From assembly GCA_946611215.1 (NCBI GenBank), contig CAMODD010000004.1, positions 2,717 through 66,716 on the forward strand: DNA of 64,000 nucleotides, given 5' to 3'. Origin of the DNA: an uncultured Bacteroidales bacterium (GTDB lineage: Bacteria; Bacteroidota; Bacteroidia; Bacteroidales; UBA932). The translations under genes were made by a program, and so were the position numbers. Under the pieces are notes generated by a model that ran no database searches, was not told the DNA's origin, and saw nothing but the letters and a program-made list of their open reading frames with translations. This document shows positions 18,749 through 27,935 of this stretch, piece by piece; the first letter of the stretch is position 1; each line of letters begins with the position of its first letter.

Positions 18749-19642
18749 ATGACGAGTACAATTATCTGGACTATTGCGGTAGTGACCGTACTTGGCCTGG
18801 TGCTTGCGCTGGTCCTGTACCTTGTGGCTCAGAAGTTCAAGGTGGAGGAGGACCCCCGCATCGACGAGGTGGAGAAGGTCATGCCCGGTGCCAACTGCGG
18901 CGGCTGCGGTTTCGCGGGCTGCCGTGCTTTCGCCGAGGCTGCCGTCAAGGCTCCCAACCTGGACAACAACTACTGTCCCGTGGGCGGTAACGACACCATG
19001 GCGAAGGTGGCGGCTATCCTGGGTTACGAGGTCAAAGCCAAGGCTCCCATGGTGGCCGTCGTCCGTTGTAACGGCACTTGCGAGGCCCGTCCCCGCGTGA
19101 ACGAGTATGACGGTTACGCTTCCTGTGCGGTGAAATCCACCCTGTACAGCGGCGACACGGGCTGCGCTTTTGGCTGCCTGGGCTGCGGTGACTGTGTAAA
19201 CGCCTGCCAGTTCGGCGCCCTTTCCATGGATCCCGTCACCGGTCTTCCGGTGGTGGATGAGGAAAAGTGCACCGCCTGCGGCTCCTGCGTGAAGGCCTGC
19301 CCCAAGCTGATTATCGAGCTTCGTCCGAAAGGACCGCGCGGCATGCGCGAGTTCGTTTCCTGCGTGAACAAGGACAAGGGACCTGCCGCCAAGAAGGCCT
19401 GCGCCAATGCCTGCATCGGCTGCGGCATCTGCGCCAAGACCTGCACCCACGAGGCTATCACCGTGGAAAACAACATTGCCTACATCGACCCGGCCAAGTG
19501 CAAGCTGTGCCGCGAGTGCGAGGCCATGTGTCCTACCGGTGCCATTCACGGCGTCAATTTCCCCAAGCCGCTGGACAAGGATGCCGTGAAAGCCCGCATC
19601 AAGGAACGTCAACAAAAAGCAAAGGAGGCTGCCAATGTCTAA
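18749..19642 (+). CDS. rnfB: Rnf complex subunit B
   Basis: N-terminal TM helix, PGANCGGCGFAGC, several CxxCxxCxxxC motifs. Confidence 0.95.
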   Translation: MTSTIIWTIAVVTVLGLVLALVLYLVAQKFKVEEDPRIDEVEKVMPGANCGGCGFAGCRAFAEAAVKAPNLDNNYCPVGGNDTMAKVAAILGYEVKAKAPMVAVVRCNGTCEARPRVNEYDGYASCAVKSTLYSGDTGCAFGCLGCGDCVNACQFGALSMDPVTGLPVVDEEKCTACGSCVKACPKLIIELRPKGPRGMREFVSCVNKDKGPAAKKACANACIGCGICAKTCTHEAITVENNIAYIDPAKCKLCRECEAMCPTGAIHGVNFPKPLDKDAVKARIKERQQKAKEAANV

Positions 19643-20978
19643 GCATACATTCTCTATCGGCGGCGTACATCCGCACGACAGCAAGATTTCCCGGGAATGC
19701 GCCATTCAGCCGCTTCCCATCGCCCCTACCGTGTATATTTCCGTGGCCCAGCACATCGGCGCGCCCGCCGTTCCCTGCGTAGCCGTGGGAGACAAGGTGA
19801 AGGTGGGCCAGGTGATCGCGGAGCCCGGCGGCTTTGTGAGCGCCTTCATCCATTCCTCGGTTTCCGGTACCGTCAAGTCCATCGGCCCGCGCCCGGACCT
19901 TGCAGGCCGTCCCGCCACGCACATCGAGATTGCCGTGGAGGGAGATGAGTGGGCCGATGGTATCGACACCACCGACACCCTTGTGACCGAACTTCCCTCC
20001 GACAACAAGGCTACCATCGAGAAGATCCGTCTGGCCGGCGTCGTGGGCCTGGGCGGTGCAACCTTCCCCACGCACGTGAAGCTGAGCCCGCCTCCGGGCT
20101 CCAAGTGCGAGCGCGTCATCATCAACGGCTGCGAGTGCGAGCCTTACCTTACCTCCGACTTCCGCACCCTTCTGGAGAAGGGCGAGCAGGTGGTGGTGGG
20201 CGCTGCCATCCTCCGCAAGGTGATGGGAGATGTTCCCTGCACCATTGCCATCGAGGAGAACAAGCCCGAGGCCATCGCTCACATCAAGGAAGTGATTAAG
20301 AGGCTGGGCTATGAGGGTATTGAGGTCATGTCCATGAAGATGATGTATCCGCAGGGCGGTGAAAAGCAGCTCATCGACGCTGTGATGCACCGTCAGGTGG
20401 GCTCCGGAGCCCTTCCCATCAGCGTGGGCGCCGTGGTGCAGAACGTCGCTACGGCCCTCGCCGTGTACGACGCGGTCCAGAAGAACAAGCCCATCGTGGA
20501 CAATTCCGTTACCGTAACGGGCGAGTGCTTCCCGCGTCAGGCCAACCTGCTGGTCCGCGTAGGTACTCCGCTGCGTTATATCCTCGACTATCTGGGCGGT
20601 ATTCCCGAGTCGGCCGCCAAAGTCATCAGCGGCGGTCCCATGATGGGCCGTGCCGTGGCCAACCTGGATGCCGCTACCGTGAAGGGAACCGGCGCCCTGC
20701 TGCTTCTGACCGAGGCCCAGACAAAACGTGCTCCCGAGACCAGCTGCATCCGCTGCGGCAAGTGCGCCGACGCCTGCCCCATGGGTCTGGAGCCGTTCCT
20801 TCTTGTAAAGCTTTCCCGCAACAAGGATGTAGAGGCCCTGGAGGCCAATGCCGCCCAGGACTGCATCGAGTGCGGCTGCTGCCTGTATTCCTGCCCTGCC
20901 CACATTCCGCTGCTGGACAGCATCCGTATTGGAAAGGGTTCTGTTATGGCTGCCATTCGTGCACGTGCTAAGAAATAG
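19635..20978 (+). CDS. rnfC: Rnf complex subunit C
   Basis: QHIGAPA, GLGGATFPTHVK, NGCECEPYLTSD, YPQGGEKQL, GGPMMG, two 4Fe-4S motifs. Confidence 0.96.
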   Translation: MSKHTFSIGGVHPHDSKISRECAIQPLPIAPTVYISVAQHIGAPAVPCVAVGDKVKVGQVIAEPGGFVSAFIHSSVSGTVKSIGPRPDLAGRPATHIEIAVEGDEWADGIDTTDTLVTELPSDNKATIEKIRLAGVVGLGGATFPTHVKLSPPPGSKCERVIINGCECEPYLTSDFRTLLEKGEQVVVGAAILRKVMGDVPCTIAIEENKPEAIAHIKEVIKRLGYEGIEVMSMKMMYPQGGEKQLIDAVMHRQVGSGALPISVGAVVQNVATALAVYDAVQKNKPIVDNSVTVTGECFPRQANLLVRVGTPLRYILDYLGGIPESAAKVISGGPMMGRAVANLDAATVKGTGALLLLTEAQTKRAPETSCIRCGKCADACPMGLEPFLLVKLSRNKDVEALEANAAQDCIECGCCLYSCPAHIPLLDSIRIGKGSVMAAIRARAKK

Positions 20979-20984
20979 TTCATC

Positions 20985-21962
20985 ATGAGTAAATTAATCG
21001 TATCACCTTCTCCTCATATCCACTCCAAGGACTCTACCAGGTCCCTGATGCTGGATGTGGTGATTGCGCTCATTCCCGCCGTCATCTGCTCCGTGGTTTT
21101 CTACGGCTGGCAGGAACTGCTGGTGCTGGGCGTGAGCGTGGCCTCCTGCGTGCTGCTGGAATGGGCCATCACCAAATACATGCTTAAGAAGCCCTCTACC
21201 GTGGGCGATTTCTCGGCCGTCATCACCGGTATCCTGCTGGCCCTGAATGTGCCGTATACCACTCCCTGGTGGGTGATGGTCATCGGCTCCATCGTTGCCG
21301 TGGGCGTTGCCAAGATGACCTTCGGCGGCATCGGCCAGAATATCTGGAACCCCGCCCTCGTCGGCCGTGTTTTCCTCCTGGTTTCCTTCCCTACCTACAT
21401 GACCACCTGGAGCCAGCCGCAGGGTCTCTTCGGTGTGGATGCCGTGTCCGGTCCCACCCCCCTCGGTGCCATCCAGGAGGGGCTCATGCAGGGGTCTTCG
21501 GTTCAGGAACTGACATCGGCCTACAACTACTCCGACCTCCTGTTCGCCAACATCGGCGGCAGTGCCGGTGAAGTGTGCGCCCTGGCTCTTCTGGCCGGTT
21601 TCGTGTACCTTTGCTGCCGTCGCGTGATCAAACCCTGGATCACCCTCAGCATCTTTGCTACCGTGGCGCTTACGTCGCTCATCTTCTGGAGCATCGATCC
21701 TTCCCGCTTCACCGACCCTCTGTTCAACCTCCTCACCGGCGGTCTCATCCTGGGCGCCTGCTTCATGGCTACCGACTATGTGACTTCTCCCATGTCCCTG
21801 TGGGGCGGCGTGGTCTTCGGCGTGGGCATCGGCTTCCTTACCATGATGATCCGTTACTTCGGGTCCTATCCGGAAGGCGTTTCCTTCGCCATCCTTATCA
21901 TGAACTCCGTGGTTCCGCTTCTCAACATGTGGTTCCACCAGAAAAAATTCGGGAGGAAATAA
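20985..21962 (+). CDS. rnfD: Rnf complex subunit D
   Basis: SPSPH, FGGIGQNIWNPA, SGPTPL FMN site, MATDYVTSP. Confidence 0.96.
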   Translation: MSKLIVSPSPHIHSKDSTRSLMLDVVIALIPAVICSVVFYGWQELLVLGVSVASCVLLEWAITKYMLKKPSTVGDFSAVITGILLALNVPYTTPWWVMVIGSIVAVGVAKMTFGGIGQNIWNPALVGRVFLLVSFPTYMTTWSQPQGLFGVDAVSGPTPLGAIQEGLMQGSSVQELTSAYNYSDLLFANIGGSAGEVCALALLAGFVYLCCRRVIKPWITLSIFATVALTSLIFWSIDPSRFTDPLFNLLTGGLILGACFMATDYVTSPMSLWGGVVFGVGIGFLTMMIRYFGSYPEGVSFAILIMNSVVPLLNMWFHQKKFGRK

Positions 21963-21965
21963 GTC

Positions 21966-22508
21966 ATGGCTGTAAAATCCAATCTTACCAATATGGTACT
22001 GGTGCTGGGCCTTACCTGCCTTCTGTGCTCGGGTATTCTGGGCGGCGCTTATGTGCTCACCAAGGAGCCCATCGACAAGGCGGCGGCAGAGAAAACCAAC
22101 AAGGCCATTGCCCAGGTTCTGCCTCATTTTACGGAGGTTACTTATAACGAAGAGGGCAAGTATTATACGGCCACCGACGGCGAGACCCTTGTGGGTTATG
22201 CCATCGAGACCACCACAGTCGGCTTTGGCGGCCCCCTGTCCCTCATTGTGGGCATCACTCCCGACGGTGTCGTCTACAATACGTCTGTCCTTTCGCATGC
22301 CGAGACGCCCGGCCTGGGCGCCAAGTGCACCACCGACGAGAAGTTCATGAACCAGTGGAAGGGCTTCGATCCTTCCATCAAGAAGCTGTCCGTGAAAAAG
22401 GACGGCGGTGACGTAGATGCCATCACGGCTTCCACCATCACTTCCCGCGCCTACACCCTGGCCGTGGAGAATGCGCTTAACACCTTTAAAGCACTGAGCC
22501 ATGAGTAA
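21966..22508 (+). CDS. rnfG: Rnf complex subunit G
   Basis: HAETPGLG, DAITASTITS FMN site. Confidence 0.95.
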   Translation: MAVKSNLTNMVLVLGLTCLLCSGILGGAYVLTKEPIDKAAAEKTNKAIAQVLPHFTEVTYNEEGKYYTATDGETLVGYAIETTTVGFGGPLSLIVGITPDGVVYNTSVLSHAETPGLGAKCTTDEKFMNQWKGFDPSIKKLSVKKDGGDVDAITASTITSRAYTLAVENALNTFKALSHE

Positions 22509-23088
22509 ACTTAAGATGATTACCGACGGGCTTGTCAAGAACAACCCCACTTTCGTGCTCCTCCTGGGCATGTGCCCTACGCTGGCTACCACGACATCGG
22601 CCATCAACGGTCTGTCCATGGGTCTGGCTACGCTTTTTGTGCTGGTCCTGAGCAACATGGCCATATCGGCCATCGCCCCTGTGGTGCCCGACAAGGTGCA
22701 CATTCCCGTGTATATTGTGGTCATCGCTACCTTCGTTACGCTGCTGCAGTTCCTCATGCAGGCCTTTACGCCGGCCATGTATGAGACGCTGGGCCTGTTT
22801 ATCCCGCTCATCGTGGTGAACTGCATCGTGCTGGGCCGTGCCGAGGCTTTTGCCAACAAGCATGGCGTGGTGGAGAGCGCTTGTGATGGTCTGGGCGTAG
22901 GCCTGGGCTTCACCTGCTCGCTCACCGTGCTGGGTCTCGTGCGTGAGATCCTGGGCTCCGGCAGCGTGTTCGGCTATAACTTCATCGGCGGCAACGACGG
23001 TATGCTGGCCTTCGTGATGGCTCCCGGCGCATTCCTGTGCCTGGGCTACCTGATGGTCCTGTTCAACAAATTCGTTAAAAAGAACTAG
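22501..23088 (+). CDS. rnfE: Rnf complex subunit E
   Basis: LGMCPTLA, LIVVNCIVLGRAEAFA. Confidence 0.95.
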   Translation: MSKLKMITDGLVKNNPTFVLLLGMCPTLATTTSAINGLSMGLATLFVLVLSNMAISAIAPVVPDKVHIPVYIVVIATFVTLLQFLMQAFTPAMYETLGLFIPLIVVNCIVLGRAEAFANKHGVVESACDGLGVGLGFTCSLTVLGLVREILGSGSVFGYNFIGGNDGMLAFVMAPGAFLCLGYLMVLFNKFVKKN

Positions 23089-23091
23089 GCT

Positions 23092-23691
23092 ATGGAATAT
23101 TTTCTGATTATCATTTCGGCGATTTTCGTCAATAATATCGTTCTGGCGCAGTTCCTGGGTATCTGCCCTTTCCTTGGTGTATCCAACAAACTGTCCACCG
23201 CCACCGGTATGTCCATGGCCGTGTGCTTTGTGATTACGCTGGCCACTCTGGTTACTTACCTCATTAACCAGTACCTGCTGGTGCCCTTCGGCCTTACGTT
23301 CCTGCAGACCATCGCCTTTATCCTGGTGATCGCCGCCCTGGTGCAGATGGTAGAGATTGTGCTCAAGAAGGTTTCCCCGTCCCTGTATCAGGCTCTGGGT
23401 ATCTTCCTGCCCCTTATCACCACCAACTGCGCTGTGCTGGGTGTTGCCATCAACGTGGTTACCAAGGAGTTCGCCTTCGTTCCCGGCGGCATGCTTAACC
23501 TGGGCCAGGCCCTGGTTTACGCCTTTGCCACCTCGCTGGGCTACGGCCTTGCCATGGTCATCTTCGCCGGCATCCGCGAGCACCTTGCCCTGAACAACAT
23601 CCCCAAAGCCTTCAAAGGTGTCCCCATCGCCGTCATCAGCGTGGGTATCCTGGCCCTGGCCTTCATGGGCTTCAGCGGTATGGTGAAGTAG
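23092..23691 (+). CDS. rnfA: Rnf complex subunit A
   Basis: FLGICPFLGVS, LPLITTNCAVLG. Confidence 0.95.
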   Translation: MEYFLIIISAIFVNNIVLAQFLGICPFLGVSNKLSTATGMSMAVCFVITLATLVTYLINQYLLVPFGLTFLQTIAFILVIAALVQMVEIVLKKVSPSLYQALGIFLPLITTNCAVLGVAINVVTKEFAFVPGGMLNLGQALVYAFATSLGYGLAMVIFAGIREHLALNNIPKAFKGVPIAVISVGILALAFMGFSGMVK

Positions 23692-23754
23692 TTCTTAGCT
23701 TGTAATAGTTTTAAGAGGGCAACCCCTATAGAGGCTATGACTTTCGCTCTTTCA

Positions 23755-23844
23755 TAAGGGCTTGATTATCAATATGTATGTTAAATCTCTTTAGGCTGAT
23801 CTACCTAAAGAGATTTTTCATTAGCATTGCTAATCAGCTACTTA
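23755..23844. repeat. 90-bp module (25-mer / hairpin / 25-mer); inverted partner of 25318-25407
   Basis: TAAGGGCTTGATTATCAATATGTAT; hairpin AAATCTCTTTAGG-N8-CCTAAAGAGATTT; ATTAGCATTGCTAATCAGCTACTTA. Confidence 0.8.
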
Positions 23845-25283
23845 GAGGGGGTTCGCCGGACGACCTTCCAGCCAATCCAGCCCACCAGGAAGGACATGAG
23901 GGGGGAGAGGATGTTGAAGAGGCAGAAGGGAGCGTACACCAGCGTGGGGACGCTGAGGATGGTGGCCTGCGTCATGCCGCAGCTGGACCAGGGATAGAGC
24001 GGGGATGTGACGGTGGCCGAGTCTTCCACGGCGCGGGAGAGCAGCCTGTTCTCATAGCCTTCCTTCTCGAAGGTGCTCCGGTAGATATTGGAGGTAAGGA
24101 TGATGGACAGGTACTGGTCCGACACGATGCCGTTCATCATGGAGCCGGTAATGACCGTGGAGCCCACCAGGCCGGTACGGGTGCGGGTGAGCGGCGCCAG
24201 GATGCGGGAAAGGTCGGCAATCATGCCGCTGGCATACATGGATGCGCCGAAGCACATGGCCACGATGATGAGGAAAATGGTGTCCAGCATGCCACGCATG
24301 CCGCGCGAAGCCACCAGTTTGTCCACCTCAGGGACACCCGTATCCAGCGAAACAGAATTGTAGATGGTCTCCACAATGCCGGCAAAGGAGACGCGCGCTG
24401 CGCTTCCTTCGGTAATTCCCTGGCCGATGGTGCGGATTACCTCCGGCTGGAACACGAGGGCAGCCACGGCGGCGGCAAGGGCCGATAGGGCCAGCACCAC
24501 GATGGCCGGCAGTTTCTTCCAGATGAGGATCACTGTGAAGATGGGGACCAGCATGAGCCAGGGCGTAATGTGGAAAGTGGATGCCAGCGTGTTGGAATAC
24601 ACTTCCATGGATGCGTCCGGAGCGCCGCCATGGGTGAAGCCCAGGACCGCGAACACCACCAGCGTAATGAGGATGGAAGGCACCGTGGTATAATACATAT
24701 ACTGGATATGGTCGAACAGGTCTACCTTGTTGATGGATGAGGCCAGTACGGTGGTGTCGGAAAGGGGCGAAATCTTGTCGCCAAAGTACGCGCCGGAGAT
24801 GATGGCGCCGGCGGTCATGGCGTCGGAGAAACCCTCGGCCCGTCCTATTCCGAGAAGCGCGACACCCACGGTGGCGATGGTGGTCCAGGAAGAACCGGTC
24901 ATCACCGAAACCAGCGCACACAGAGCGCAGGCGGTAACCAGGAATACCTTGGGGCTGATGATCTTGAGGCCATAGTAGATAATGGCCGGAACCACGCCGC
25001 TCATGGTCCAGGTGCCGGAGATGGCACCGATGAACAGCAGAATGATGATGGCCGTGGCCACACTGCGGATATTCCCTTCCATTTCCTGTTCGAATGTGCT
25101 CCAGGGAATCTTGTAAAGCCACATGCCCAGCGCAATGCACAGGCCGGATGCAACCAGAAGGGCTACCTGGGACGCACCCAGGATGGAGTCTCCCCCGAAG
25201 ATGGAGATGTTCAGCGCCAGCATAATCACAAGGACGCTGATGGGGATGAGGGAGATAAGCGTTCTTTTTGTGTTCGTTTTCAT
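23838..25283 (-). CDS. nhaC: NhaC-family Na+/H+ antiporter (or amino acid/organic acid transporter)
   Basis: TGSSWTT, GAIISGAYFGDKISPLSDTT, LSRAVED..TVTSPLYPW; ATG at 25283. Confidence 0.9.
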   Translation of the reverse strand: MKTNTKRTLISLIPISVLVIMLALNISIFGGDSILGASQVALLVASGLCIALGMWLYKIPWSTFEQEMEGNIRSVATAIIILLFIGAISGTWTMSGVVPAIIYYGLKIISPKVFLVTACALCALVSVMTGSSWTTIATVGVALLGIGRAEGFSDAMTAGAIISGAYFGDKISPLSDTTVLASSINKVDLFDHIQYMYYTTVPSILITLVVFAVLGFTHGGAPDASMEVYSNTLASTFHITPWLMLVPIFTVILIWKKLPAIVVLALSALAAAVAALVFQPEVIRTIGQGITEGSAARVSFAGIVETIYNSVSLDTGVPEVDKLVASRGMRGMLDTIFLIIVAMCFGASMYASGMIADLSRILAPLTRTRTGLVGSTVITGSMMNGIVSDQYLSIILTSNIYRSTFEKEGYENRLLSRAVEDSATVTSPLYPWSSCGMTQATILSVPTLVYAPFCLFNILSPLMSFLVGWIGWKVVRRTPSK

Positions 25284-25289
25284 TGGGCG

Positions 25290-25297
25290 CAAAGTTA
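25290..25297 (-). promoter_or_regulatory. -7 promoter box for nhaC
   Basis: TAACTTTG on the minus strand. Confidence 0.6.
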
Positions 25298-25317
25298 CAA
25301 AAATTTTCGCTTCTCTG

Positions 25318-25407
25318 TAACTTGTTGTGCCACAATGCCAATGAAAAATCTCTTTAGGCCGATCAGCCTAAAGAGAAAAACTTAGTGCGTTAATAACCAA
25401 CCATTTA
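25318..25407. repeat. 90-bp module; inverted partner of 23755-23844
   Basis: TAACTTGTTGTGCCACAATGCCAAT; hairpin TCTCTTTAGG-CCGATCAG-CCTAAAGAGA; TAGTGCGTTAATAACCAACCATTTA. Confidence 0.8.
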
Positions 25408-25456
25408 AGTGGATAGCGAGATTTACTTTCTTTGGTAGATCAAAAATAAATTTTTG

Positions 25457-25530
25457 TGATTCCGTTGGGATTCGAACCCAAGACCCACAGCTTAGAAGGC
25501 TGTTGCTCTATCCAGCTGAGCTACGGAACC
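25457..25530 (-). tRNA. tRNA-Arg (anticodon TCT)
   Basis: GGTTCCGTAGCTCAGCTGGATAGAGC...CAGC-CTTCTAA-GCTG...GGTTCGAATCCC..CGGAATCA cloverleaf; CCA not encoded. Confidence 0.96.
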
Positions 25531-25546
25531 ATCCTTAATGGGAGTG

Positions 25547-25554
25547 CAAAGTTA
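25547..25554 (-). promoter_or_regulatory. -7 promoter box for tRNA-Arg
   Basis: TAACTTTG on the minus strand, 16 nt upstream of the tRNA. Confidence 0.65.
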
Positions 25555-25580
25555 GTGATTTTTTGACAAATGACAAGTCT

Positions 25581-26573
25581 TTATCGGGGGCTTAGCGTAA
25601 GGAGAAGCTGCAACTGCTGGTTGACGGCTTCCGAGAAGGTAAATGAGCCGTCCTCGCGGGGCGGGAACGTGTCGGTAAGAATGCCGCCCTCATAGTCTAC
25701 AGACAAGGTTTTGATGCCAATGGTCACGATGCGGGTGAGGTCTTCCAGCGTGGGATACACGTAAACAAAGTTGACGTCGTCGCGGGTTTGCAGCAGGCCG
25801 ATGACGCTGCCGTCATTGAGCATCAGGCGCACGGCGGCGTCGTAGGGAATGTGGTACTGCTCCTTGGTGCCGATGACGAACGCCAGGTCCAGGTCTTCCT
25901 CGTTGTTGTTTTTGTAGTAGAGGTGGGAAAGGAGGATATTGTAGTCAAAGTTCTCTCCCCGTCCCACGACAGGCTCGGTGGCAGACATGATGCTGCCCTG
26001 GTTCTCCGTGTAGCTGGCCAGTTTGGCCGATGTGAGCTCGGCGGTGTGGTCTGCGGCGGAGCGGATGGCCTCGCAGTGGCGCTTCAGGAGGTCCCCCAGC
26101 TCGTTGGCACCGAAGTTGGCCTGGATATAGTCGTCCGGGTTCCAGCCCGTGATGATGTCTACGCTCTTGATGCCTTTCACCAGTTTCTCCATATCCTGCG
26201 GCTCTACGGCATATTTGAGGCGGTTGAGGAACATGCCGTTGTCCTGCCTCTTCTTGGTGGCCGAATCCTCTCCGATCTGATCCATGCGGACCAGTTTGCC
26301 GTTCGTAAGGGTAGCCGCCATCTTGACGCCCTTGGGAACCAGCGTGGAGTTGCTCTGCACCAGGTTGATATAGATAAGGTACAGAATGGAACCGTCCGGG
26401 AACCCGGCCAGTTCTACGCGAACTTCTGCGGGAATGCCGCCCATGGAGAGTGTCTCGTACTCGGTGGAGATATGGGTTTTCCCCTCATCGCGGTAGTTGG
26501 TGCGGATGGTCTGGGCACCGGCCGATGCGGCGAAGACCAACGTGAGGGCCAGGAGAATTGCTTTCTTCATCAT
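25581..26573 (-). CDS. Exported hypothetical protein with two similar halves
   Basis: Signal peptide (ASAGAQ), genome-typical codon usage, upstream TAATTTTG box. Confidence 0.75.
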   Translation of the reverse strand: MMKKAILLALTLVFAASAGAQTIRTNYRDEGKTHISTEYETLSMGGIPAEVRVELAGFPDGSILYLIYINLVQSNSTLVPKGVKMAATLTNGKLVRMDQIGEDSATKKRQDNGMFLNRLKYAVEPQDMEKLVKGIKSVDIITGWNPDDYIQANFGANELGDLLKRHCEAIRSAADHTAELTSAKLASYTENQGSIMSATEPVVGRGENFDYNILLSHLYYKNNNEEDLDLAFVIGTKEQYHIPYDAAVRLMLNDGSVIGLLQTRDDVNFVYVYPTLEDLTRIVTIGIKTLSVDYEGGILTDTFPPREDGSFTFSEAVNQQLQLLLTLSPR

Positions 26574-26589
26574 TTTGGTATTAGTGCGG

Positions 26590-26619
26590 CAAAATTACGA
26601 AAAAAATTGTGTACTTTTG
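26590..26619. promoter_or_regulatory. Back-to-back divergent -7 promoter boxes
   Basis: TAATTTTG (minus, 26590-26597) and TACTTTTG (plus, 26612-26619). Confidence 0.6.
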
Positions 26620-26644
26620 TCTTTTAGAAATAATTCCTGCGCGC

Positions 26645-27505
26645 ATGAGAAGCATTTTTCGTACCATAGCCTTCGCTCTGACGCTACTGGCCACCGTTTC
26701 TTGCAACATAGACTTCATTTACCTCCAGGTCCCCGGAACCAGCTGGTCCCTGGAACAGGGAGAAACGCGCGCGTTCGTCCATTTTGACAGCGAGAGAGTT
26801 ACTATCGTGCAGCGCAGTAACGCTACCGGTGGCGTGCAGTTCACCAACGGAACATACCTCACCGACGGCCACCGCGTGAAAGTTACCTCGGACGAAGGAA
26901 CCAGCCACCAGCTTGTGCGTACCTTCACGCACCTGAAGAGTAGTACCTCCAACAAGAATTTTTCCTCCCTGCGCCCCCAAAGCTACGAAACCCTGGACGG
27001 AACGGTCTGGACAACCCTCAGGCAGGACGACCTGACGCTCTATTACTTCGAACCCGGTGGAAAATCCCGCCACTGGACGTTCAAGAACGTCCGTCATGAG
27101 GAAGGCGTTCCGTACGGCTGGGAAGTGGGGGAAGAAACCTATTCCGTCACCGGCAGCCACGTTGCCCTGGAAAGTGGCGGCGCCACCCTGTTTCCGGAAG
27201 TGATGCTCATGGACGATGTCTGGTACATGCATTATCCCGCCCAGGAAGACAACGGAACATCGGCCCTCAGGGGAACGGCCTGGAAGTACGTGACAAACAG
27301 CTACCCCGGTATCCTCATCTTCAATACCAACAGCTCCTTCACCCGCGTGCTCGTGAGCAGCCGCGTTCTCTATCAGGTTACCCAGGGCACATACACCGTG
27401 AACGGAGATTCCGTCACCCTGAACTTCTCCGATAAATCCGAGACCTGCACCATTAGCGGCAACCGGTTCACCTTCATGGAAAAAACCTACGAATTATTCC
27501 AATAA
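26645..27505 (+). CDS. Hypothetical lipoprotein with three small beta-rich repeats
   Basis: Lipobox TVSC; repeat starts PGTSW, DGTVW, RGTAW; ATG at 26645. Confidence 0.7.
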   Translation: MRSIFRTIAFALTLLATVSCNIDFIYLQVPGTSWSLEQGETRAFVHFDSERVTIVQRSNATGGVQFTNGTYLTDGHRVKVTSDEGTSHQLVRTFTHLKSSTSNKNFSSLRPQSYETLDGTVWTTLRQDDLTLYYFEPGGKSRHWTFKNVRHEEGVPYGWEVGEETYSVTGSHVALESGGATLFPEVMLMDDVWYMHYPAQEDNGTSALRGTAWKYVTNSYPGILIFNTNSSFTRVLVSSRVLYQVTQGTYTVNGDSVTLNFSDKSETCTISGNRFTFMEKTYELFQ

Positions 27506-27509
27506 AGAT

Positions 27510-27935
27510 ATGTATCAGTTTATTCAAGAGGCAGACCACTATGTCCTGAGTGTGGACAATCACGTGAGTCTGATGGCGGCGCTTGCCCGTTTCTGCGAAG
27601 AGGAGCACGTCCTCTCCGGCGTCATCGGCGGCCTGGGCGCCATCAACGAAGCTACCTTCCGTTTCCTGGACCCTGCTACCAAGCAGTATGTAGACAAGAC
27701 CTTCTCCGAGCAGATGGAGATCACCAACCTCACCGGCAACATCTCCGAAAAAGACGGCAAGCCCTACCTGCATGTCCATATAACGGCATCCAGGAGAGAC
27801 TACACTTGCGTGGGCGGTCATCTCCTGGATGCGAAAATCAGTGGTGCCTGCGAACTTACGGTAGACTCATATCCGTCTTTAAAACCGGGTCGCCGGGCCG
27901 ACGAAGAAACAGGTCTTAATCTGTATCGGTTTTAG
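27510..27935 (+). CDS. PPC/DUF296 domain protein
   Basis: GLGA, EITNLTGNIS, YLHVH, GGHL. Confidence 0.9.
   Translation: MYQFIQEADHYVLSVDNHVSLMAALARFCEEEHVLSGVIGGLGAINEATFRFLDPATKQYVDKTFSEQMEITNLTGNISEKDGKPYLHVHITASRRDYTCVGGHLLDAKISGACELTVDSYPSLKPGRRADEETGLNLYRF

Noticed and set aside
25457-25530. tRNA-Arg as the attachment site of an integrated element
   Set aside because: No integrase and no duplicated tRNA 3' end were noticed in the window
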